From positions 186,001 through 250,000 of the IMG/VR virus record IMGVR_UViG_3300017971_000185: a stretch of DNA of 64,000 nucleotides. One strand, 5' to 3'. The notes under the pieces are model-generated. The model ran no database searches, was not told where the DNA came from, and saw only the letters and a list, made by a program, of their open reading frames with translations. Each line of letters opens with the position of its first letter. The first letter of the stretch is position 1. Of this stretch, positions 38,811-46,981 are shown piece by piece. The position numbers and the translations under genes were made by a program.

Positions 38811-41593
38811 TGGGTCGGCCGAAGTACATCGGGATCTTTCTCACGCCTCAGAGTAGGCGGGCGCTCCTGCGCACCTATCCGCCCGTCCATCCCACTGTCT
38901 ACGCCGATCACGTCACGGTGATCTACGATCCCACCGATGCCGACTTGGAGAAGGTCGAATTGGGAGAGATCGTCACGGTCAAGCCGGTAGCTCATCTGGA
39001 GGACGAAAAGGCCCAGGTGTTGAGGGTGAGCATTCCGTCCTACCTGGCTCGGCTCACCAACCGGGTGCCGCACATCACAATCTCTACGGCTCGCGGTGTT
39101 GCTCCCGTGTATGCGGGCGAGCTAGCCAAGTCGCACCACACCATGATCGCCCCGAAGCCAGGCAACTACACGGGCATCGTGGACGTGGACAAGCGTAGCC
39201 ATCCGGTGCGAACGAGGATGTTCCCGCTGGCCGCTGCTCCCAAGCACTACAAGATCGATCAGGGCGACGTTCGCAAGAAGACGCGCCGTGACAAGAAGCA
39301 GGAGCTAGAGGAGGCGAAAGACCTTGGTTTCTATTCGTACACGGTGATGAAGGTCGTTCCCATCAAGCAGGTCAAGACTCCGCCGGTCTGGAACCAAGGG
39401 CGTATCGACAGGATCAAGAAGGGGCTCGCGTCTGGGAAAGCCTTTCCGCCCATCTCTCTTGCGGGGAAGCGTCCTCCCTATGAGATCAGTGACGGCATCC
39501 ATCGGACCAACGCGAGTATCGACGCTGGCTACACGCACATCCCAGCGTACTTCACGGTGCTCGTAGAGCGCCCCGATCTCTACGAAGAGCCCGAGAAGGA
39601 GAAGCCCAAGCTACGGCCAGGTACTTGGGTCAAGATGCGCGCGTCTCGGGACGGTTTCGATTGGGCGGTTGTGATCGAGTACGTGGGTCCTCGCGTGTGG
39701 AAGGGAGTCAAGCGTCACTTGTACGGTCTCGTAGCGGGCGATACGAACAAGTCCGACTTCATCGGAGACTGGATGGACTCCGAGTTTGATCCCGTGCGGG
39801 AAGGACAAGTACCGAGGAAGGTGCGTGAGACGATTCTGGCAGACCCGTTTGCTGATCATCTTCCGCAGCGACGTGTTGCTGCTCGCCATCTCATCGCTCG
39901 TGACTATTTCGAGATAGGCGACATCATCTTGTACGGGAAGTACAAGAACAAAAAAGCACGGATTGTGGCGTGGGGCAAGGACCACAAGGGAAACCCCACT
40001 GTCGAGATTGAGCCCATCCCCAAGGGCCGCAAGAAGAACAAGACCCTCGGCCTGTTCCGCATCTGGCACGCGCTCCCGCCAGAGGAGCGGAAGAAGGAAG
40101 CGCAGGTTCGGACGGCGGAATTTTCTCCCAATTGGGATTGGCCCAACGTCCTGAAGAATGTGGCCATCTTCAACCAAATCCACAAGACGGTGAAGGGATG
40201 GACGCGCCTGAGCGACAAGGACCGAGTACCGGCGCTCCAGAAAGAAAAGCCGTTCATCGGACAACTGAAGAAGGATGTCGCGGGCGGAACCTTCCCTGGT
40301 CAATGGGAAGCAGGTTTGGCTGAGTGGCTCTATCAGTGGTGGGGATTCGAGTGCCCCAAGAAAGGCACTTCTGATCTGCTTCATCATGAGCTTTCGGTTC
40401 TGTATCGTCATGTTGCCATCGAGCCCAACAACTATTTACTCAAGAAGGATGTCGAAAATACAGCACGAGTGTTAGACACGTACTCCAAGGAGGTCAACGA
40501 CTGTCTCAAGCAAGCCGGGCCAGCGCGTCTGACCTACTCGGGGTTCAAGGTCTGGAATCCGCAGCGCATGCCCGACAAGATGATGCGCAAGCTGTTGAGC
40601 GGCGTCGATCACATCATGGCGATCTTCCGCAAACGAGGGATGGAGAAGGCGCTCACGAAAGGCGTCAAGGACATCCTCGTTCGCAAGTGGACTAGCAACG
40701 ATGGAAAGTATGTTGCCTGGTACTTCTCCCGTGAGCGCCGCATCGTCCTGACCGATGCTGTTCTCAAACCCGGCGGTGGTCGGCTCATGGATCGCTGGAT
40801 CTCCGAAGTGTTCCTCCATGAGTTTGGGCATCATGTCCACATGACGTACCTCCATCCCAACGCTAAGAAGGAATGGGATGCCGGGTGGAGTCCTGTTGAG
40901 TCGGCACGGGAGAAGGTCGAGCAAGAATTCAAGATCACCGGGAAGGACCGAAGGCGGTTCTTCGATCTCATCGAACGGAATGATTGGAGTCCGTCGAAAG
41001 CGGCACGAAAGCTCAAGGGCTTGGACAAGCTACGGTTCATGGCGTGGCTGCGCAACCCTGGTTTGGGAGAGCCCTTGATTACACCTAAGATTGTTCGGTT
41101 GACGCGTCGAGGGAAGGACGTGTTTGATTTCTTGCGGGACCCAGAGGGGCATTGGCGTCAACAACACCCTGGAGACCTGCTCAGTCATCTCCAATATGAG
41201 TCGAAGGAGCAGCAGAGAGCGGAAGAGGATGCTTATGTGGCAAAGCAAGTAGCTCAGAAGCTCCGCCGCCTTCGCAACGATGTTTTGTCTCTCGATTGGG
41301 AAGGCGCAGACAAGATTCCCCGAGCGTTGCAAGACGAGATTCGCAAAGAGGACAAGAGCGTAGACGCTGCGATAGATGCTTTGGAAGTCCCCACGGATTA
41401 TGCGAGAACGAATGAGATGGAGGACTTTGCCGAGTCTTTTGTTGCCTTCGTGGCGAACCCGGCAAAGCTCTCGGACCAGGCCAAGTTCCGCATGCAGCGT
41501 GCTCTCAGCCTCTCCGGGCTCTACGGCAAGCCGATTATGAGGCTGGCTGAGCGGGTCGCTCAGACCTGGCGTCGAAGGCAGGCCGCAGCCTAG
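38807..41593 (+). CDS. Multidomain (polyvalent-type) protein: 2H phosphoesterase + ParB/Srx-like + SH3-like + HExxH zincin metallopeptidase
   Basis: HVT (ADHVTV) and HIT (VPHITI) 2H pair; PPISL..YEISDGIHR; VFLHEFGHHVH plus DYARTNEMEDFAESF. Tags RRVAARHL (internal) and ERVAQTW (C-terminal). Confidence 0.78.
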   Translation: MMGRPKYIGIFLTPQSRRALLRTYPPVHPTVYADHVTVIYDPTDADLEKVELGEIVTVKPVAHLEDEKAQVLRVSIPSYLARLTNRVPHITISTARGVAPVYAGELAKSHHTMIAPKPGNYTGIVDVDKRSHPVRTRMFPLAAAPKHYKIDQGDVRKKTRRDKKQELEEAKDLGFYSYTVMKVVPIKQVKTPPVWNQGRIDRIKKGLASGKAFPPISLAGKRPPYEISDGIHRTNASIDAGYTHIPAYFTVLVERPDLYEEPEKEKPKLRPGTWVKMRASRDGFDWAVVIEYVGPRVWKGVKRHLYGLVAGDTNKSDFIGDWMDSEFDPVREGQVPRKVRETILADPFADHLPQRRVAARHLIARDYFEIGDIILYGKYKNKKARIVAWGKDHKGNPTVEIEPIPKGRKKNKTLGLFRIWHALPPEERKKEAQVRTAEFSPNWDWPNVLKNVAIFNQIHKTVKGWTRLSDKDRVPALQKEKPFIGQLKKDVAGGTFPGQWEAGLAEWLYQWWGFECPKKGTSDLLHHELSVLYRHVAIEPNNYLLKKDVENTARVLDTYSKEVNDCLKQAGPARLTYSGFKVWNPQRMPDKMMRKLLSGVDHIMAIFRKRGMEKALTKGVKDILVRKWTSNDGKYVAWYFSRERRIVLTDAVLKPGGGRLMDRWISEVFLHEFGHHVHMTYLHPNAKKEWDAGWSPVESAREKVEQEFKITGKDRRRFFDLIERNDWSPSKAARKLKGLDKLRFMAWLRNPGLGEPLITPKIVRLTRRGKDVFDFLRDPEGHWRQQHPGDLLSHLQYESKEQQRAEEDAYVAKQVAQKLRRLRNDVLSLDWEGADKIPRALQDEIRKEDKSVDAAIDALEVPTDYARTNEMEDFAESFVAFVANPAKLSDQAKFRMQRALSLSGLYGKPIMRLAERVAQTWRRRQAAA

Positions 41594-41736
41594 CTCTGAG
41601 GCTCTGAGGAGCGTCTCCAGAGGCTTCTGGGCCGCCAGGATGCGGCTGTAGTCTCGGGGCTCTGGAGGCTCAGGGAGGCTCCCAGGGCGTCCTACGGGTT
41701 GCGGGCAACGCGCACCGCGCCGGGCGCGCATTTCGT

Positions 41737-41764
41737 ATGCACTTTTGGTAGATTCTGGCGTAGA
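41737..41764 (+). promoter_or_regulatory. 28-nt phage promoter motif, copy G
   Basis: ATGCACT-TTTGGTA-GATT-CTG-GCGTAGA, 10 nt before ATG 41775. Confidence 0.65.
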
Positions 41765-41774
41765 GGGCGTAGAG

Positions 41775-42914
41775 ATGAAGGTTCTCAAGCTACAGATCTT
41801 CCATGGCAACGAGATGAAGGAATGGCGCACGATCGAGGACGACGTGACCAAGATCGGGACGCTCCAGTCCTCGCACATCCAGCTTGAAGGGCTAGCGCGC
41901 ATGCACGCGGTGATCGAGCGCAGCACGGACACGTTCCGGCTCATCGATCTCGGCGGCGTGCCTCCGACTTTCGTCAATGGCGAGCAGATCAGGCAGGCCG
42001 AGATTCAGAATGGCGACATGATCCACTTCGGTCGAGAGGGTCCGTGGAGTATGCGCGCGACCATCGAGACAGCCGTCGAGGTTGACGTGGACCGCAAGCC
42101 GGAGGCCCCTGACTCTTTGTCACGGGATGAGCTTTTCGAGACTTTCGCCAACGCAGCCCAACGACGCAAGGAGCGAGAGGACAAGGAGGATATTCCAGAC
42201 GATGAGCTTTTTGATCATTACTATCGCAAGTACCAACGTCGTAAGGCTCAGGAGCAAGAGCGCGAGAAGGACTCGGGGCAAGAGAAGTTGTTTGAGAGCC
42301 TGTGCGAACAGATGGAGGAGCTTGTAGAGGAGCGCTCAGAAGACCAGAAGAATGACATTACACGGATGCTTACCCAGGTGAAGTCTCTGTGGAAGAGCAA
42401 GGATCCTGAAAGAAAGCAAGATCAGATCCGACGCCTTGAGGATATTATTCAGGCTCTCAAGCAAGACAGGCAAGAGAAGGAGCAGATGGCGCACGCTTTG
42501 ATCGATGCCACGAGCCAAATCATTGCGGAAGGCACGATGGAAGAGGCGTTCAAGATCTCCGAAGAAGAGGCGCTTGAGAAAGCCGCCGATCTCGTCATGG
42601 AGGTCAGTCAGTACAAGGATGCCCTCGGTCTCCTTCAGGTGTTTTCTGGGCCAAAAGAAGGCGGAGCAGGGGACAAGAAAGTCTTTCTCAAGGGGAAACA
42701 TCTCTTGGAGAAACAATTGTCGGGGGAGGTCGCTAGAAAGAGTCTGTTCTTGAGTCTCTACATCGCGCGGGCAGGCGGCTGGACGTGGGAGCAACAACAA
42801 AAGGAAATGCTGAAAGCGCGGCGTAACCTGACTGAGGAGGAGCTTCAAGTGCTTGAAAACCATCCCGCAGTCAAGAAGGTTTTTGAAGCCATGGAGAGGC
42901 AGAGCGGTAGCTAG
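41775..42914 (+). CDS. FHA-domain protein with acidic coiled-coil C-terminus
   Basis: TKIGTL.SSHIQL..LARMHAVI...LIDLG....TFVNG.....I.NGD.I.FG. Confidence 0.78.
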   Translation: MKVLKLQIFHGNEMKEWRTIEDDVTKIGTLQSSHIQLEGLARMHAVIERSTDTFRLIDLGGVPPTFVNGEQIRQAEIQNGDMIHFGREGPWSMRATIETAVEVDVDRKPEAPDSLSRDELFETFANAAQRRKEREDKEDIPDDELFDHYYRKYQRRKAQEQEREKDSGQEKLFESLCEQMEELVEERSEDQKNDITRMLTQVKSLWKSKDPERKQDQIRRLEDIIQALKQDRQEKEQMAHALIDATSQIIAEGTMEEAFKISEEEALEKAADLVMEVSQYKDALGLLQVFSGPKEGGAGDKKVFLKGKHLLEKQLSGEVARKSLFLSLYIARAGGWTWEQQQKEMLKARRNLTEEELQVLENHPAVKKVFEAMERQSGS

Positions 42915-42938
42915 TCGATAAACCACGGTTTACAGGAG

Positions 42939-43613
42939 ATGCTGAAGCCGCAGGACATCGTGCATGTAGGAGGGACGCTGACCGCCGCTAGCGTGTTGGC
43001 TGCCTACCACCAAGGAGTGTTTCCTTGGTTCTCGCACGATGGCAGCGACGTGCTTTGGTGGTCGCCAGATCCTCGATTCGTGCTCGACGTGAACGAGGTA
43101 CACAGAGGGCGCACCGTTCGGAAAGCGCTCAAGAAGCTCGACTTCACGATCGACGCTGAGTTTGACCAAGTGATACAGGAGTGTGCCGACAAGCGCTATG
43201 CAGCCAGGTCTGCGATGGGAACCGATCGGACCGACACTTGGATCACTCCCCGGATGTTGAAGGTGTACCGGAAGCTCTATCGAGAAGGCTACGCGCACAG
43301 CGTCGAGGCGTGGAAGGATGGCGATCTAGTAGGTGGTCTTTACGGTCTGTGCCTGGGCAACGTGTTCTTTGGCGAGTCCATGTTTGCGCACATGCCCAAT
43401 GCGTCCAAGGCGGCTCTTGTGTTCCTTTGCGATAAGCTGAAGGAAGCGGGTGTCGGAAGGATCGATTGTCAGATGGAGACTCCGCTGATGCGCTACATGG
43501 GAGCCAAATTTGTCAGTCGGGCGCAGTTTCGAGATGGTCTCTTGTTGGGCTTGCTCACCAAGCCCACGCTCCGAGGAAAGTGGTCTGTAGATGGGTTGCC
43601 AGACGCAGAGTGA
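42939..43613 (+). CDS. aat: Leucyl/phenylalanyl-tRNA--protein transferase
   Basis: LAAYHQGVFPW, WWSPDPR, F.QVI..CA, TWIT, AHSVEAW...LVGGLYG...G.VFFGESMF...NASKAAL, IDCQM.T. Lacks the usual short N-terminal extension. Confidence 0.95.
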   Translation: MLKPQDIVHVGGTLTAASVLAAYHQGVFPWFSHDGSDVLWWSPDPRFVLDVNEVHRGRTVRKALKKLDFTIDAEFDQVIQECADKRYAARSAMGTDRTDTWITPRMLKVYRKLYREGYAHSVEAWKDGDLVGGLYGLCLGNVFFGESMFAHMPNASKAALVFLCDKLKEAGVGRIDCQMETPLMRYMGAKFVSRAQFRDGLLLGLLTKPTLRGKWSVDGLPDAE

Positions 43614-43956
43614 CGTAGTTTCCCTGCCCAACCCGCCGCCAGACGGCTCGACCGTGGAGGAGATCTTGACTTACCTGGACACGATCAGGGTCATCGATCC
43701 GGTGCCGCACGCCGTGGTCACGTTGAACGGCTACACCTTCAGGCTCGACTGGCCTCGCATTCCGATGCTGCCGCCTACGATGTGGTACATCACGTCAACG
43801 AGCCCAGCCACAGCGAGGGATACACAGATAGCTCGTCCCCGTCTCGGATGGCAGTGGTGTTGGGAATATGCAATCGACACGATCAAAGCCGAGATTGAGC
43901 GGGTATTAACCGCTATACCAACCCCAGACCCAGGCCCATGGCCACCACCCCTATGA
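43591..43956 (+). CDS. Hypothetical protein
   Basis: Pro-rich 121-aa frame; start uncertain. Confidence 0.45.
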   Translation: MGCQTQSDVVSLPNPPPDGSTVEEILTYLDTIRVIDPVPHAVVTLNGYTFRLDWPRIPMLPPTMWYITSTSPATARDTQIARPRLGWQWCWEYAIDTIKAEIERVLTAIPTPDPGPWPPPL

Positions 43957-44387
43957 TCAACCTGACCCCAAAGGCTCTCTGCAAGCGAATTTTCCAAGGT
44001 AGTGAAGGCATCCAAGCCGCTGCTATAGCACGGTGCAGCGAAAGCGGTTGGGATGGGAGGCTCTGGCTGGCTGACGGGAAATCCGAGCATACCCCGCCTC
44101 CCTTTTCTACTCCTTGGGAAGATACCTTTTCGAAGCTCTTGCTCTTGCTGGGGACGCTTTCCGTCGACAAGTTTCATGTCAACACAGAGGCCCGTCGCAT
44201 AGCCGATCCCGCGCATAGTCTTGTAGTCGAGAAGCAAGACGAGTGGGTCGTGCTTGTGGCCGTGGCTTTGGGACACCCAATCCGTAAGAGCTTGCGCCGA
44301 ATGATTGCCAAGACGTTCCGCGATCTTCGGAAGGATGGACCGCCGCAGAAGGTGATTCCCTTCACGCCAGTCGCCGTTGAGGAGTAG
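43953..44387 (+). CDS. Hypothetical protein
   Basis: ATGA overlap at 43953. Confidence 0.55.
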   Translation: MINLTPKALCKRIFQGSEGIQAAAIARCSESGWDGRLWLADGKSEHTPPPFSTPWEDTFSKLLLLLGTLSVDKFHVNTEARRIADPAHSLVVEKQDEWVVLVAVALGHPIRKSLRRMIAKTFRDLRKDGPPQKVIPFTPVAVEE

Positions 44388-44389
44388 CG

Positions 44390-44635
44390 ATGCCTGATAC
44401 TGAGGAAGAGGTTGTCTACATCGAGGACGATGACTTTGAGCGGCTAGTGGACGACTACTTCGCCGGCATCTATACCGACTTGGGAGAGATGGGCGTGCCG
44501 GAGGACCGGATGCCCACGTCTCTGCAAGTGCTCTCGCACGTCATGGACTGTATAGATGAGTCTCGGCTCAAGGCATGGATGGAAGCCTATGCCGCGGCCG
44601 AGGGCAAGGCTGAGCCGCCACAACAGGAGTTGTGA
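44390..44635 (+). CDS. Small acidic protein
   Basis: GAGGAG RBS. Confidence 0.6.
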   Translation: MPDTEEEVVYIEDDDFERLVDDYFAGIYTDLGEMGVPEDRMPTSLQVLSHVMDCIDESRLKAWMEAYAAAEGKAEPPQQEL

Positions 44636-44674
44636 TCGGTAGAGTCCGATCACCTGGCAAACCAGGAGGATCAG

Positions 44675-44959
44675 ATGCCGATCAAGAAGAAAACAAAGAC
44701 GACCAAAGCTAGACCGACCAAGGCCGCATCGACAAACGTCGAGGAAGCCATCTCTGTGAAGAACGGAATCAAGGCCACAGTCTACAAGGACAAGGCTGGC
44801 GAGTTTCGTTGGCGAGTTGTCAAGAAGGGTCGGGTTATCGGAGCGAGCAGCGAGGGCTACAAGCGTCGAGGGAGTGCTGTGTCCAACTTCACGAATCTCT
44901 GCGAAGCCATGCGACTCGTCAGGCCGAAACCGAAGAAAGCCGCGGCGAAGAGAGCATGA
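44675..44959 (+). CDS. YegP/DUF1508-like protein
   Basis: VYKDKAGEFRWRV....RVIGASSEGYKRR..A..N; AGGAGG RBS. Confidence 0.75.
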   Translation: MPIKKKTKTTKARPTKAASTNVEEAISVKNGIKATVYKDKAGEFRWRVVKKGRVIGASSEGYKRRGSAVSNFTNLCEAMRLVRPKPKKAAAKRA

Positions 44960-45065
44960 TCACCAAGCCTGTCAAGGACCCTGAGCGTCGAAAGGCTCGA
45001 AAGCGCAAGAAGGCGCCGAAGGATCCTCGACAGGGGCTTCGCTTGTACGCTATCCTGCGAAGCCA

Positions 45066-45320
45066 GTGACGTTTGGGTACAGGAAGTCACGTGACGAGTG
45101 GTCATGCTACGACTGCGGCATGGTGCGGCCGGAGTACCACATGCTCTGGGATGGTGTGTGGGAGAAAGCGTGGGACGGAAAGCAGCCACCGCACGAGGAT
45201 CCTCGCGATCCTCGTCAGCCGTTGCAGTTGTGCTTCGCGTGCTTAGAGAAGCGACTCGGGCGTCCGTTGGCCAACGCAGACTTCACCACCGCGCCGGTCA
45301 ACAATTTCTGGCTTCGTTGA
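45066..45320 (+). CDS. Small zinc-finger protein
   Basis: CYDCG ... LCFACLEKRLGRPL...DFT.APVN. Confidence 0.65.
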   Translation: MTFGYRKSRDEWSCYDCGMVRPEYHMLWDGVWEKAWDGKQPPHEDPRDPRQPLQLCFACLEKRLGRPLANADFTTAPVNNFWLR

Positions 45321-45344
45321 GCGCGTTGTCTGTTTCCTATGCGT

Positions 45345-45519
45345 CTATGCGTCAAACGCCTCGACGCGGATCAGCGGCGCCGCGCCTCCACCGATCATCA
45401 TGATACGGCCGGGGCTCAGCGAGCAGAGGTTCTCGATCTCCTGCTCATCGAGTCCGTCCCGATTGTCCGTCGAGTGGATAGCGCTGGCTGTTGGTGATCG
45501 TCTCTCTCGTCCGTGCCAT
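45345..45519 (-). pseudogene. Frame-disrupted paralog of 45809-46066
   Basis: AGGAG RBS and ATG 45519 give MARTRETIT. The +1 frame continues SAIHSTD..., matching PALRSAD of the paralog, and ends GGGAAPLIRVEAFDA. Confidence 0.45.
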
Positions 45520-45538
45520 CGTCTCAGTCTCCTGTGGG

Positions 45539-45805
45539 TTACGAATTCTTCGGAAAGTGCTCCTGTAGGTACGCCGCGACTGCGCGGCCGAGGGGGGTGA
45601 TGTCCCACGTACGCTCACAATCGCCGTAGGACACAGAGAGCACGCCAAGATCAACAAGCGGATTCAGGTTGACCGCGGTTTGGCGATTACCACGCCGCGG
45701 CTCGGTCCAGGGGCCACACTTTGCAAAGTCGGTGAGATAGAGGCGCTGGTGAACCTCCAGCCCCTCCGCTACCTCTGCCGGTGTCCGCTCTGGTGTGGGG
45801 GTCAT
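45539..45805 (-). CDS. Small winged-helix-like protein
   Basis: LVDLGVL...WDITPLGRAVAAYL. Confidence 0.6.
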   Translation of the reverse strand: MTPTPERTPAEVAEGLEVHQRLYLTDFAKCGPWTEPRRGNRQTAVNLNPLVDLGVLSVSYGDCERTWDITPLGRAVAAYLQEHFPKNS

Positions 45806-45808
45806 GGC

Positions 45809-46066
45809 CTAGATGACCTCCTCTGCGACGACGGGAAGGCCCGTCTCTCGGCTCAGTTCCTCGGCCGCCGCAAGCGCATCGTCTCGGTCTAGGTGGGTGT
45901 CCAGCGTCTCTGTGGTGATCGCGCCGCCAGACGCGTCGAGTCGGTCCCGGCTCACGATCCATAGAGGATCGGCGCCCGGGTCGCTGTCCGAGTCGAGCCA
46001 GACGCTCAGGACGGTGCGCGTCTCGTCGGCGCTGCGCAGGGCCGGGGTGATCTTTGTCCGTGCCAT
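45809..46066 (-). CDS. Hypothetical protein
   Basis: GGAGG RBS and ATG 46066 (MARTKITP...). Confidence 0.6.
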   Translation of the reverse strand: MARTKITPALRSADETRTVLSVWLDSDSDPGADPLWIVSRDRLDASGGAITTETLDTHLDRDDALAAAEELSRETGLPVVAEEVI

Positions 46067-46093
46067 TGTCTCTGCCTCCGTCATCGGTGGGGG

Positions 46094-46279
46094 TCATGGG
46101 ATCCTCCCCTCGACACGATTGTGATAGTCTGCCCGTGCCTTCAAGTAGTCCGCGACTGCGCGGCCGAGCGGCGTGCGCCGTCCACCCCGCTGCACGAGAC
46201 CGGCAGCGACAAGGGCATCAAGATCGACGCCATACAGGACAGCGCGCGCGTCGTCGGTGACTTGGATGATGATGCTCAT
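46094..46279 (-). CDS. Small winged-helix-like protein
   Basis: LVAAGLVQ...RTPLGRAVADYL. Start coupled to the upstream TAA. Confidence 0.55.
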   Translation of the reverse strand: MSIIIQVTDDARAVLYGVDLDALVAAGLVQRGGRRTPLGRAVADYLKARADYHNRVEGRIP

Positions 46280-46389
46280 TACTTCGTCCCACTCACGAAG
46301 ATCAGCACCTTGCCGAGCAGCCAAAGGCCGAGTCCGGCCGGGATGCAAATGACCGCGGTAAGTACGAGCAGACTGAGGATCGCTTCCAT
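46279..46389 (-). CDS. 36-aa membrane peptide
   Basis: MEAILSLLVLTAVICIPAGLGLWLLGKVLIFVSGTK, the first gene after promoter copy E. Confidence 0.55.
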   Translation of the reverse strand: MEAILSLLVLTAVICIPAGLGLWLLGKVLIFVSGTK

Positions 46390-46398
46390 TTCACCCTC

Positions 46399-46426
46399 TC
46401 TACGCGGGATTCCGGCGAAAGTATAT
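46399..46426 (-). promoter_or_regulatory. 28-nt phage promoter motif, copy E
   Basis: Minus strand ATATACT-TTCGCCG-GAAT-CCC-GCGTAGA. Confidence 0.7.
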
Positions 46427-46489
46427 TGCGGGAGGCGCGCGCTCTACAAGGCTGTGGAACGCTGTCTAAAAGCGAAATTCGGAGCCTCT

Positions 46490-46517
46490 ATGCACTTTTC
46501 CTTCGATTCCGCGTAGA
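46490..46517 (+). promoter_or_regulatory. 28-nt phage promoter motif, copy F (divergent from E)
   Basis: ATGCACT-TTTCCTT-CGAT-TCC-GCGTAGA. Confidence 0.62.
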
Positions 46518-46533
46518 CACGAAAGAGGGATTG

Positions 46534-46977
46534 GTGCGCAAACCGCACAAAGGCACCTTACGAGCACTCGCCAAACGATTCCGGGCTTGGCTCGTCACGC
46601 TTCCTCAGATCGCCTCTTTCGATGAGGATCTCTGTGGGGCGTGTGCGATTGCTTCGGATGGTCTGGCTCGCTTTCTTCGTAAAGAAGGTTTCGACGCTTG
46701 GTTTGTCGAGGGCCAGTACGTTCCTTGCGCCAACAGCACTCGGTCAGAGGACTTTTACGGTGCCGAGACCAACCATTGTTGGGTCGAGGTTGGTCGGAAG
46801 TGGATCGTGGACATCACTGCTAGGCAGTACAGTGGGCGATTCCCCGAGGTCTACATTGTGCCCACAGAGCATGAGGACTATCATAGATTCCGGCGAGGGC
46901 CGTATGCTCTTCGATGCGTGCGGCGGGAGTGGCCGAAAGACCACCATCCACTCGGTCGAAAGCTACGCATCAGGTAG
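46534..46977 (+). CDS. Papain/transglutaminase-like Cys-His-Asp protein
   Basis: LCGACAIAS ... NHCWVEV ... IVDITARQY. Start set at GTG 46534 after GAGGGA. Confidence 0.62.
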   Translation: MRKPHKGTLRALAKRFRAWLVTLPQIASFDEDLCGACAIASDGLARFLRKEGFDAWFVEGQYVPCANSTRSEDFYGAETNHCWVEVGRKWIVDITARQYSGRFPEVYIVPTEHEDYHRFRRGPYALRCVRREWPKDHHPLGRKLRIR

Positions 46978-46981
46978 GAGT

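Noticed and set aside
44632-44653. Hairpin GTGATCGG-TAGAGT-CCGATCAC as a terminator
   Set aside because: There is no U-tract and it sits inside a co-oriented operon. It may be an RNA-processing or stability element, but nothing supports a call.
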